Notes under the pieces: generated by a model
What the model saw: only the letters and a program-made list of their open reading frames with translations
Databases searched by the model: none
Told to the model about the DNA's origin: nothing
Shown: piece by piece, positions 28,593 to 37,444 of the stretch
How the letters are laid out: each line of letters opens with the position of its first letter
Position numbering within the stretch: position 1 is the first letter of the stretch
Assembly (NCBI GenBank): GCA_031372565.1
Contig: JANMLN010000151.1
Location: 1-64,000, forward strand
DNA length: 64,000 nt
Origin: Gemmatimonadota bacterium
GTDB lineage: Bacteria; Gemmatimonadota; Gemmatimonadetes; Gemmatimonadales; Gemmatimonadaceae
Direction of reading: 5' to 3'
Position numbers and translations under genes: made by a program

Positions 28593-29786
28593 ATGCGTTT
28601 CTCCTCACTGACTCATCGAATCGCCGGCGAAGGCACCGACGCCTGGATCGTTCACGATCTGGCGGTGGAGCGCATTGCCATGGGCGAGGACATCTTCCTC
28701 CTCTCGATCGGCGATCCCGATTTCGATACGCCAGCGCCGATCCGCGCCGCCGCCACGCATGCGCTCGATCACGGGCGCACGCACTACTCGCCGATCCGTG
28801 GCGAGCCCGCGCTGCGCGAGGCGATTGCGCAGCATGCGGAGCGCCTGATCGGCAGCCGCGTGGATCCCGAGCGCGTGATCGTGTTCCCGGGCGCGCAGGC
28901 CGCGCTCTTCGCCGTGGCGCAGTGCCTCTTCGATGCCGGAGACGAAGTCATCGCGCTCGAGCCCGCGTACGTCACCTACGAGGCGGTGCTCGGCGCGCCG
29001 GGTGCGCGCATGGTGCCGGTGTCGCTGCGTCCCGAGGCGCGCTTCCACTTCGAGGTCGACGCGGTCGAACGTGCCATCACGTCGCGGACCCGCGGCCTCA
29101 TCGTGAACTTCCCGCACAATCCGACTGGCGCCTGCCTGACCAAGGCCGAAGCGGAGGCGGTCGCGCGCGTCTGCCGCACGCACGACTTGTGGTGCATCTC
29201 GGACGAGGTCTATGCCTCGCTCAACTTCGGCACGCCGCATGTGAGTCCGTTGGCGGAGCCGGGGATGCACGAACGCAGCGTGCTGATCTCCAGCCTGAGC
29301 AAGTCGCATGCGATGACGGGTTGGCGGTGCGGCTGGGCAATTGCACCGCTCGCGCTGGCCGCGCATCTCGATCATCTCGCGCGCGCCATGTTCTTCGGCG
29401 TGCCGCAGTTCATCCAGGACGCCGCCGCCGTTGCGGTGGCCTCCGGTGGTGAGGATCTCGAGCGCATTCGCGCGTCGTATCAGCGGCGCGCCGAGGTCGT
29501 GGTCGAGGCGCTGGCCGACGCGCCCGGGGTCCGGGTGCGGCTCCCTGACGCGGCGATGTACGTGTTCGCCGACGTGCGTGGCACGGGCCTGGACGGCAAG
29601 CAGTTTGCGCGCGGGCTGCTCGATGCCGAAGGCGTGGCGGTGACGCCGGGTGAAGGGTTCGGTCCCAGTGGCGCGGGACATGTGCGCATGACCCTCGGCG
29701 TCAACGAAGACCGGCTGCGCGAAGCCTGTCGCCGGATCGTGCGCTATGCGGCCAGCATCGCCCAACCCGCCGCCGCCGCACATTGA
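28593..29786 (+). CDS. PLP-dependent aminotransferase class I/II (AruH-like)
   Basis: LSIGDPDFDTP, PHNPTG, DEVY, SLSKSHAMTGWRCGW. Confidence 0.9.
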   Translation: MRFSSLTHRIAGEGTDAWIVHDLAVERIAMGEDIFLLSIGDPDFDTPAPIRAAATHALDHGRTHYSPIRGEPALREAIAQHAERLIGSRVDPERVIVFPGAQAALFAVAQCLFDAGDEVIALEPAYVTYEAVLGAPGARMVPVSLRPEARFHFEVDAVERAITSRTRGLIVNFPHNPTGACLTKAEAEAVARVCRTHDLWCISDEVYASLNFGTPHVSPLAEPGMHERSVLISSLSKSHAMTGWRCGWAIAPLALAAHLDHLARAMFFGVPQFIQDAAAVAVASGGEDLERIRASYQRRAEVVVEALADAPGVRVRLPDAAMYVFADVRGTGLDGKQFARGLLDAEGVAVTPGEGFGPSGAGHVRMTLGVNEDRLREACRRIVRYAASIAQPAAAAH

Positions 29787-29790
29787 ACGA

Positions 29791-31326
29791 TTGACTCGCG
29801 TCCGCGCCCTGACGCATCTCGTTGCCACGCTGCTGTCGGTAGCAGCGGGCGCGGGCGTCTGGCGGCTGACCGCGCCGCCTGGCCCGGGACTCGATCCCGA
29901 TGCGATGAGCTACCTCGGCGCGGCGCAGTCGTGGGTGGCGGACAGCGGCCTGCGCATCCCGGCCGCACCGTGGGACGCGACACAGCCGACCGCGCCGCTC
30001 GCGCATTTTCCTCCGGGTTTCTCGCTGCTGATCGGCACGGGCGTCCGTGCCGGCTTCGCACCGATCGACGCCGCACGCATCGTGGAAGCGGGAGCGGCGA
30101 TGGTGTCGGTCGCCGCCCTGACGCATGCGGTGGCTGTGACCGCCGGCGTGACGGTGGCCGTCGTGTGCATCGCCGTGCTGGCGTTGACGCCCGCCATGCT
30201 CGTCGTGCACGCGTCGGTCCTGTCGGAGCCACTCTTGCTCGCATGCATCGCGGTCACGCTCTGGGTGATGGCGGTCGTGAAGCACGGCGGGAGGCGCATC
30301 CTGCTGTTGGGTGCGCTCGCCGCGTGCGCGATCACGGTGCGCTACGCCGGGGCCGCGCTGGTTCTGGCTGCCATGCTCGATGCGTGGCGCTCGGCGGCGA
30401 CGACGCGTGGGCGCGTGCGCGGTGCGTTGCTGGCGGCGGCGCTTCCGGTGCTGGCGATGCTTGCGTGGACGCTGGGCCGCGCGCGCGATCCCTACGCGGA
30501 ACCCATCCGACAGACGGCGCTCTATCTGGCGGGGTGGGATCGGACGATCACCGAGGGGTGGGTCACGGTGCGTGGATGGCTCGCGCCGGGGGTCGAGTCG
30601 ACGCTCGCTGCGACCGTCGTGGTCATGATCGCCGGCGCGCTGTTCATCGCGCTCGTCGTGGAGCGCCGGCGCGTCGCGTCCGTCATCGCACCTGAGCCTC
30701 CCGGTGTGGAGGCGTCCGCGACGCTGCGCGGGGGGAGTGTGCGCATCGGCGCGTGCTACTTCGCGGTGGTGCTGGCCTCCCGGCTGCTGGCCGATGGCGA
30801 GATCCCGCTGGACGAGCGCTTGCTCGCACCGTTGGGACTCGTCCTGACGGTCGCTGCCATCCTCCTCGTGGCGGAATGGATGCGCGCGGGCCGACCATGG
30901 CGCGTGGTCGCTGTTGCGAGCGTCGGACTCGCGTGGAGCGTCGGCGCGTTCGCGCGTATGCAGTCGGACCTCGGCGAGTATCGCACGGACGGCGGCGACC
31001 TCTCCAGCATGCGATGGCGCACGTCCGCACTCGTCGCGTACACGCGCACGCACGGCGAGCCGCTCTACTCGAACGAGGTGCCGGCGCTCTGGTTTCACAC
31101 TGCTCGCGCCGTGCATGAAGTACCCACCGAACCAGATGAGCGCACCATCGCGGCGTTTCGCGCAAAGCTCGCGCGGGAGAACGGTGCGCTCGTGTCGTGG
31201 GAGTTTGCCGATGCCGACGTGCCGCGGACGGACCGGCTGGTGCAGGGTGCGGGGCTGGTCGCCGTCGTGCACGACTCGACGGGCACCGTCTGGAAGGTGC
31301 CCAGGCCAGCGATCGAGCGGCCGTAG
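29791..31326 (+). CDS. Polytopic membrane protein, GT-C/ArnT-like glycosyltransferase
   Basis: Many transmembrane segments; PDAMSY, HFPPGFSLL, SEPL and VRYAG motifs. Start uncertain. Confidence 0.65.
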   Translation: MTRVRALTHLVATLLSVAAGAGVWRLTAPPGPGLDPDAMSYLGAAQSWVADSGLRIPAAPWDATQPTAPLAHFPPGFSLLIGTGVRAGFAPIDAARIVEAGAAMVSVAALTHAVAVTAGVTVAVVCIAVLALTPAMLVVHASVLSEPLLLACIAVTLWVMAVVKHGGRRILLLGALAACAITVRYAGAALVLAAMLDAWRSAATTRGRVRGALLAAALPVLAMLAWTLGRARDPYAEPIRQTALYLAGWDRTITEGWVTVRGWLAPGVESTLAATVVVMIAGALFIALVVERRRVASVIAPEPPGVEASATLRGGSVRIGACYFAVVLASRLLADGEIPLDERLLAPLGLVLTVAAILLVAEWMRAGRPWRVVAVASVGLAWSVGAFARMQSDLGEYRTDGGDLSSMRWRTSALVAYTRTHGEPLYSNEVPALWFHTARAVHEVPTEPDERTIAAFRAKLARENGALVSWEFADADVPRTDRLVQGAGLVAVVHDSTGTVWKVPRPAIERP

Positions 31327-31415
31327 GCACACGCGCCGACGGGCGGTACGGGTGTGACGCGGAAGCCGGGGAGGCCGGCGCGCGTCGCCGTCCCGACGAC
31401 CGTTCTGGCGCTCGG

Positions 31416-31446
31416 TACTGGACAGTCCAGAATAGACTGTGCAGTA
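31416..31446. promoter_or_regulatory. Operator-like inverted repeat upstream of the PAS-HTH regulator
   Basis: TACTG-G-ACAGTC-N7-GACTGT-G-CAGTA, with a nested CTGGAC-A-GTCCAG. AT-rich and ends 3 nt before the ATG. Confidence 0.65.
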
Positions 31447-31449
31447 TAG

Positions 31450-32127
31450 ATGAGGCCGACCGACCCCGATTCCTGCATGCCGAAGACCACCGCTGCGCGC
31501 CGTCGCCTGCTCGCCCGGACCGTTCCCATGGCGGACGGGTTGGCCGCGCTCCTCTTCCCGTTCGCGGAAGTCGTCGTGCACGATCTGGCAACGCAGACCA
31601 TCGCGCACCTCGTCAACCCGCTCTCGCGGCGCCAGGTCGGCGACGCCACCGCACTCGACGACATCACCTTCGATGACGACGACGGACTCATCGGCCCGTA
31701 CGCAAAGACCAACTGGGACGGTGGCCGCATGCGCGCGATCAGCGTGCTCGTGCGCGACGACACACGCCGCCCCATCGGCGTGGTCTGCGTCAACCTGGCC
31801 ACCTCCGCCTTCGAGCAGGCCCGGGCCACGCTCGAACTCTTCGCACGCGGCGTGGAGGTGAGCCCGCTTCCCGCCAAGCTCTTTCGTGACGACTGGCAGG
31901 AACGGATCCTCGCCTTTCTCCATCCGTGGCTCGAGGCGCGGCAGCTCACCCTGGGACAACTCACGCGCGAACAGAAGCGCGAACTCGTCATCGCCCTCGA
32001 TCGCACGGGCGCCTTCCGCGGCAAGAGCGCCGCGGACTACGTCGCGAACCTGCTCGGTATGGGGCGCGCCACCGTCTTCAACCACCGCAAGGCGGCGCGT
32101 ACGACCGCCGCGAGGACCCGTCGATGA
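31450..32127 (+). CDS. YheO/DauR-like transcriptional regulator (PAS_6 + HTH_22)
   Basis: AEVVVHDL, SRRQVGD, IGPY, VCVN, GAFRGKSAADYVANLLGMGRATVF. Confidence 0.9.
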   Translation: MRPTDPDSCMPKTTAARRRLLARTVPMADGLAALLFPFAEVVVHDLATQTIAHLVNPLSRRQVGDATALDDITFDDDDGLIGPYAKTNWDGGRMRAISVLVRDDTRRPIGVVCVNLATSAFEQARATLELFARGVEVSPLPAKLFRDDWQERILAFLHPWLEARQLTLGQLTREQKRELVIALDRTGAFRGKSAADYVANLLGMGRATVFNHRKAARTTAARTRR

Positions 32128-33848
32128 CTGCTCCCACCGCGCACGATCCGTTCGACTGCGACGTGCTTGTCGTTGGCTCTGGCGCTGCCGGTCTCGCGGC
32201 GGCCGTGAAGGCGGCATCCGATGGACTCACCGTGACCGTGCTCGAGAAGTCGGAGTACTTCGGCGGCTCCACCTGCTACTCGGCCGGGATGGTCTGGATT
32301 CCGGCGAATCGTCAGGCCCAGGCCGCCGGCATCGTCGATAGTCCCGACGCCGCGTTCGCATACCTGGAAGCCGAGGGGGGCGAGCGGCTCCAGCGCGAGG
32401 CGGCGCGCGTCTATGTCGATCACGCCGCCGACATCATGGGATGGTACGAGGACAACACGCACGTGAAGTTCGCCCTCTCCGCCGCGTGGCCCGACTATCA
32501 TCCCGCCTTTCCCGGCAGCTGCCCGGGCGGTCGCGCCCTCGGTCCCATGCCATTCGACGGACGCACGCTGGGCGCGCGTTTCGCCGAGCTTCGTCCGCCG
32601 CTCGCCACGACGATGCTCTTCGGTGGCATGATGGTCGGGCGCGAAGACCTGACCAAGTTCTACACGATCCTCAAGTCGTGGTCGTCCTTCGTGCACGTCG
32701 GCAAGCTGTTCGCACGCTTCTGCGTTGATCGCCTGAGCTACCCGCGCGGCACCCGGCTCTCGAACGGCAATGCGCTCATTGCCGCCTTGGCCCGGTCCGC
32801 ACTGGAGCGCGGCGTGGTGATCCTCACCCAGTCGCCGATGACCGACGTCGTACTCGAGAACGGTCGCGTCACCGGCGTGAAGGTGAAGACCCGAACGAGA
32901 GAACGCGTGGCCCGTGCGCGTCGTGGCGTCCTGTTCGCGAGTGGCGGATTTCCGGCCAACGACGCGATCAAGCGCCGCTTCATGCCGCACCTTGCCGCAG
33001 GCAAGAGCCAGCGCACGCTCACGCCGAGCGCGAATGCCGGCGACGCATTTCTCGTTGGCGAACGGATCTGTATCGACGTGGTCGCGGACCAGACAAGTCC
33101 CGTGTCCTGGACCCCCGTGTCGCTCATGCCGCAACCGGACGGATCGACGATTCCATTCCCGCATTTCAACGATCGTGGCAAGGCCGGCTACATCGCGGTC
33201 GACAAGCGCGGCAAGCGATTCATCAGCGAAGCGCGCTCGTATCATGACTTCTGCCCGGCCATGATAAAGGCATGCGCGAACGATCCCGACGTCTTCTGCT
33301 GGGTGATCTGTGATGATCGCGCCGTCCACCAGTACGGGCTCGGCGCAGCCCCGCCTCCACCGGGACGGCTCGATCCGCATGTGCGCTCGGGCTACATCAA
33401 GCGTGCACCGACGCTCGCCGCACTGGCCGAGCAGTGCGGTATCGATGCTGGCGGCTTGAAGGCGACGGTGGACCGTTGGAACGCGGGCGCCGCGCGTGGG
33501 ATCGACGAAGAGTTCGGCAAGGGCACGGATGTGTACGAACGGTTCAATGGCTCCATCGGCCAGAAGCCGAATCCCTGCGTGGCCCCGATCACGACCGGTC
33601 CCTTCTGGGCGATCCGACTGATCCCCGGTGACCTGGGGAGCTTCGCAGGACTGCGGGCCGACGCGTCGGCGCGAGCGCTCGACACGAACGGCGGGGTGGT
33701 CGACGGTCTCTACATCGCCGGCAACGACGCGGGCGCCTTCATGGCGGGCACCTATCCGGGCGCCGGCACGTCGATCGGGCCGGCGATGGTCTTCGGTTAC
33801 GTGGCGGCCACGCACATGGCTGCCAAGGCCAGCGGAGGCACGGCATGA
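32124..33848 (+). CDS. FAD-dependent oxidoreductase, KstD/fumarate-reductase flavoprotein family
   Basis: VVGSGAAG, GGSTCYSAG, WPDYHP, GLYIAGND, YPGAGTSIGPAMVFGY. ATGA overlap. Confidence 0.88.
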   Translation: MTAPTAHDPFDCDVLVVGSGAAGLAAAVKAASDGLTVTVLEKSEYFGGSTCYSAGMVWIPANRQAQAAGIVDSPDAAFAYLEAEGGERLQREAARVYVDHAADIMGWYEDNTHVKFALSAAWPDYHPAFPGSCPGGRALGPMPFDGRTLGARFAELRPPLATTMLFGGMMVGREDLTKFYTILKSWSSFVHVGKLFARFCVDRLSYPRGTRLSNGNALIAALARSALERGVVILTQSPMTDVVLENGRVTGVKVKTRTRERVARARRGVLFASGGFPANDAIKRRFMPHLAAGKSQRTLTPSANAGDAFLVGERICIDVVADQTSPVSWTPVSLMPQPDGSTIPFPHFNDRGKAGYIAVDKRGKRFISEARSYHDFCPAMIKACANDPDVFCWVICDDRAVHQYGLGAAPPPPGRLDPHVRSGYIKRAPTLAALAEQCGIDAGGLKATVDRWNAGAARGIDEEFGKGTDVYERFNGSIGQKPNPCVAPITTGPFWAIRLIPGDLGSFAGLRADASARALDTNGGVVDGLYIAGNDAGAFMAGTYPGAGTSIGPAMVFGYVAATHMAAKASGGTA

Positions 33849-35215
33849 CCAGCACGCTCACCCCGGAGCAGCGCGATCGGCAGTCGTTGCTGCACCCGCT
33901 CACGATGGTGGGCGATTATGCGGCTGGGAACACGACGCACCGGATCATCGCCAGGGGCGAGGGGGTGCGCGTCATCGACGCGACCGGGCGTTCGGTCATC
34001 GACGGGTTCTCCGGGCTCTACTGTGTCAACGTCGGCTACGGTCGGGACGAGATCGTCGATGCGATGGCCACGCAGTCGCGACAGCTCGCGTTCTACCATG
34101 TGTTCGCCGGTGCGACGCACGAGCCCGCCATCACGCTCGGCGCCAAGCTGCTCGAGCTTGCCGGACCACGCATGAAGCGTGTCTTCTTCGGCCTGTCGGG
34201 CTCCGACGCCAACGAAACGCAGCTCAAGCTGGTCTGGTACACCAACAACATCCTGGGCAAGCCGGCCAAGAAGAAGATCATCGCGCGCAAGCGCGGCTAC
34301 CATGGCGCCACCGTGATGTCGGGGAGCCTCACCGGGCTCTCGTTGTATCACGAGGGCTTCGACCTGCCCTTCGACTTGGTGAAGCACACGACCGCGCCCG
34401 ATCCCTTCTGGGCCGACGAGACCGATCCTGCCGCCTTCGCGCAGCGCTGTGCCGACGATCTCGACCGACTGATCATCGCCGAGGGGCCGGATACGGTGGG
34501 CGCGTTCATCGCGGAGCCGCTGATCGGTACCGGTGGTATCGTTCCGCCTCCGCCCGGGTACTGGGCAGCGATCCAGGCCGTCCTGCGACAGCATGATGTG
34601 CTGCTCATTCTCGATGAAGTGATCACGGCGTTCGGGCGAGTGGGGGCGATGTTCGGCAGCGCGCTGTACGGGATCGAGCCGGATCTCGTGACCGTGGCCA
34701 AGGGGCTCACAAGCGGCTACGCACCGCTGTCGGCGGTGCTCGTGGGCGAGCGCGTGTGGGAGGCGTTGCAGGCGGGGGGCGAGAAGCATGGCATCTTCGG
34801 ACACGGCTACACCTACTCGGCGCATCCCGCGTGCGCGGCAGCGGCGCTCGCCAACATTGCCATCATCGAGCGTGAGCAGCTCTGCGACAATGCGCGCGAT
34901 GTCGGCGCGTACCTCCGAGACGGGTTGCAGGCTCGGCTTGGTGGCCATGCGCACGTCGGCGAGATTCGCGGCGAGGGGATGCTCGCCGCCGTCGAGTTCG
35001 TGGCTGACCGGGCCGCACGGCGCGCGCTCCCGAAGAGCGCCAAGTTCTCGCAACGCGTGTCGGCGCTCTGTCTGGAAGAAGGGGTGCTCGCGCGGCCGAT
35101 GCCCGTGAACGACATCATCGGCCTGGCGCCGCCGCTCATCCTCACGCGCGGCGATGCCGACCTGATCGTCGGCATGGTGGGTCGTGCCGTGGATCGCGCC
35201 ACCGCGGAGCTGTGA
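33845..35215 (+). CDS. Aminotransferase class III
   Basis: SGSDANE, YHG, FIAEP, DEVITAFGR, AKGLTSGYAPLS. Confidence 0.92.
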   Translation: MTSTLTPEQRDRQSLLHPLTMVGDYAAGNTTHRIIARGEGVRVIDATGRSVIDGFSGLYCVNVGYGRDEIVDAMATQSRQLAFYHVFAGATHEPAITLGAKLLELAGPRMKRVFFGLSGSDANETQLKLVWYTNNILGKPAKKKIIARKRGYHGATVMSGSLTGLSLYHEGFDLPFDLVKHTTAPDPFWADETDPAAFAQRCADDLDRLIIAEGPDTVGAFIAEPLIGTGGIVPPPPGYWAAIQAVLRQHDVLLILDEVITAFGRVGAMFGSALYGIEPDLVTVAKGLTSGYAPLSAVLVGERVWEALQAGGEKHGIFGHGYTYSAHPACAAAALANIAIIEREQLCDNARDVGAYLRDGLQARLGGHAHVGEIRGEGMLAAVEFVADRAARRALPKSAKFSQRVSALCLEEGVLARPMPVNDIIGLAPPLILTRGDADLIVGMVGRAVDRATAEL

Positions 35216-35219
35216 CCGG

Positions 35220-36113
35220 ATGCGCTACGCGTTCCACACCTGCGACGTCTTCACCGACACGCGCTTCGGCGGCAACCAGCTGGCGGTCTTTCCGCATGCC
35301 GAGGGGCTCACTGACGAGCAGATGCAGCAGATCGCGCGCGAGTTCAACATCGCGGAGACATCGTTCGTTCTCCCGGGCAGCGGTGCGTTCACGCGGCGCG
35401 TCCGGATCTTCACGCCGACCGTCGAAGTGCCGTTCGCGGGTCATCCGAACGTGGGCACCGCCGCAATCCTCGCCATGCGTGGCGACCTCGGGACCTTCGG
35501 TGACACGTTGGACGTGGTGTTCGACGAGCGTGCCGGGCCGGTGCCGATCACGATCAGACGGCGCGCCAATGCGAGGTTCCGCTGCGATCTGACTGCACCG
35601 GAGCGCCTGTCCATCGGTGGCTCGGCATCGGTGGAGGCCGTGGCCGCGGCGGCATCGGTGAGCGCCGCCGCCGTGCTGACCACCACGCATGCGCCCGTGA
35701 GCGCCTCGGTCGGACTGGGCTTCCTCATGGCCGAGTTGCGTGACGTGGCCACGCTGCAACGCGCGCGTCCAGACATCACCGGCCTGATGCAGCTGGCCGA
35801 GCTCGGGCATCCGTACCTGCACTGCTACGTGCGGAGCGGCGATGACTTCGACCTGCGCGCGCGACAGTTCTCCGCGGCAGATCCGAACATGGAGGATCCT
35901 GCGACCGGAAGCGCCAACGCTGCGCTGGCCGCGCTGCTCGCGCACCACGATGGGCGCGCGGATGGCGACTTCGCATGGCGCATTGCGCAGGGCATCGAGA
36001 TGGGACGGCCCAGCGTGCTCGAGGCACGCGCCGAGAAGCGACGTGGCGTGGTCACGATCGTCACGATCGGCGGCGAGACCGTGCCGGTCACCGAAGGCTT
36101 CCTCGAACTCTGA
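35220..36113 (+). CDS. PhzF family epimerase/isomerase
   Basis: DVFT..FGGNQLAV, EVPFAGHP, EDPATGSA, QGIEMGRPS. Confidence 0.93.
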   Translation: MRYAFHTCDVFTDTRFGGNQLAVFPHAEGLTDEQMQQIAREFNIAETSFVLPGSGAFTRRVRIFTPTVEVPFAGHPNVGTAAILAMRGDLGTFGDTLDVVFDERAGPVPITIRRRANARFRCDLTAPERLSIGGSASVEAVAAAASVSAAAVLTTTHAPVSASVGLGFLMAELRDVATLQRARPDITGLMQLAELGHPYLHCYVRSGDDFDLRARQFSAADPNMEDPATGSANAALAALLAHHDGRADGDFAWRIAQGIEMGRPSVLEARAEKRRGVVTIVTIGGETVPVTEGFLEL

Positions 36114-36121
36114 CGGTATCC

Positions 36122-37444
36122 ATGACGCGTACAGAGGCTCCCATGCAGGCGCCGGCAACGAGTGGTGGCGCGCTCAAGCGCGAGATCGGCGTGCTGGGTG
36201 TGGCGAGCGTGACCATCAACATCATCATGGGATCGGGATTGTTCGTCGTTCCGGCGTTGATGGGCGTCGTCGGTGCATGGGCGCCGGGCGTGATCGCGCT
36301 CTGCGCGCTGGTCATGGGCGCCGTGGCGCTCTGCTTCGCGGAGGCGTCGAGTCGCGTGCCGCAGGCTGGTGGCGTGTACGGCTTCGTGCGCGAGGCGATG
36401 GGACCGATGGCCGGCACCGCGGTCGGAGGCATGGTGTGGCTGTCCGGTACGCTGGCGGCGGCAGGCATTCTCGCGGCGGCCATCGATCAGCTGGCGCCGT
36501 TCGCGCCTGTCATGGGCCAGCCGGTCGCGCGGGCGGTGAGCATTGTCGGGTTCTGCACGCTGGCGGCTTTCATGGCGCTGCGCGGGGCGCGGCAGAGCGC
36601 TCGCGCCATCGAGGTGACGATGGCGCTCAAGTTGACGCCGCTCGTGCTGTTCATCGTGTTCGTGGCGTTCACCCCCGCCGCACCTGCGCCGCCACCCGCC
36701 ACGGTGACGGCGGCGACGATCGGACCGCTGCTGATCCTCGGCATCTACCTCTGTGCGGGACTCGAGGGTGCGACGGTCATGAACGGCGAAGTGCGTGATC
36801 CGACGCGCACCGTACCCGCTGGGCTCTTTGCTGCGCTCGGCGTGTTCGCGGCGGTTGCCATCGCGATCCAACTGGCCGCAGGGCACGCGCTCGGCGCAGA
36901 GCTCGCCACGTCCAAGGCGCCGCTCGTGGCAGCGGCTGCGCGCGTGGGGCCGTGGTTGCCGCCGGTCATGGCGGTGGGTGCGATCGTCTCGATGCTCGGA
37001 TGTGCGGCCGGGCTCGCTGTTGCGAACCCCCGCACCCTGTACGCGCTGGCCACGGACGGCTACCTGCCTGGAGCGCTTGCGCGGGTGCATCCGACGCGTG
37101 GCACGCCCACGATCGCGATCGTCCTTCAGGCCGTGATCGTCGCGAGCATGGCGATTGCCGGTGAGTTCCGCCCGCTGACCATCGCGGCGTCACTCGCATC
37201 GATGGCATGCTACGTCTTCGGTTGCATTGCCGTACTGGTGCTGCGGCGCCGTGGTATCCAGCAGATGGGCAACGTCACAGCGTGGCGCATCACACCGGTG
37301 GCGGCAGTCGTTGCCATCGCAGCAAACCTCGCGATCATCGGCAGCGCGAAGGGGCCGGAGATTGGCGCCTTGGCCATCGCGCTGGCCTTGTCGGCGTCGT
37401 TGGGCCTCCTGCCGCGGCGCGCGGCCATGGTGCGGGCTGCATGA
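36122..37444 (+). CDS. APC family amino acid permease
   Basis: IIMGSGLF, CFAEASSRVPQAGGVY, GEVRDP; about 12 transmembrane segments. Confidence 0.9.
   Translation: MTRTEAPMQAPATSGGALKREIGVLGVASVTINIIMGSGLFVVPALMGVVGAWAPGVIALCALVMGAVALCFAEASSRVPQAGGVYGFVREAMGPMAGTAVGGMVWLSGTLAAAGILAAAIDQLAPFAPVMGQPVARAVSIVGFCTLAAFMALRGARQSARAIEVTMALKLTPLVLFIVFVAFTPAAPAPPPATVTAATIGPLLILGIYLCAGLEGATVMNGEVRDPTRTVPAGLFAALGVFAAVAIAIQLAAGHALGAELATSKAPLVAAAARVGPWLPPVMAVGAIVSMLGCAAGLAVANPRTLYALATDGYLPGALARVHPTRGTPTIAIVLQAVIVASMAIAGEFRPLTIAASLASMACYVFGCIAVLVLRRRGIQQMGNVTAWRITPVAAVVAIAANLAIIGSAKGPEIGALAIALALSASLGLLPRRAAMVRAA

Noticed and set aside
29791..31326. GT-C-like protein as a pilin glycosyltransferase
   Set aside because: It is 17 kb from the pilins and nothing links them.
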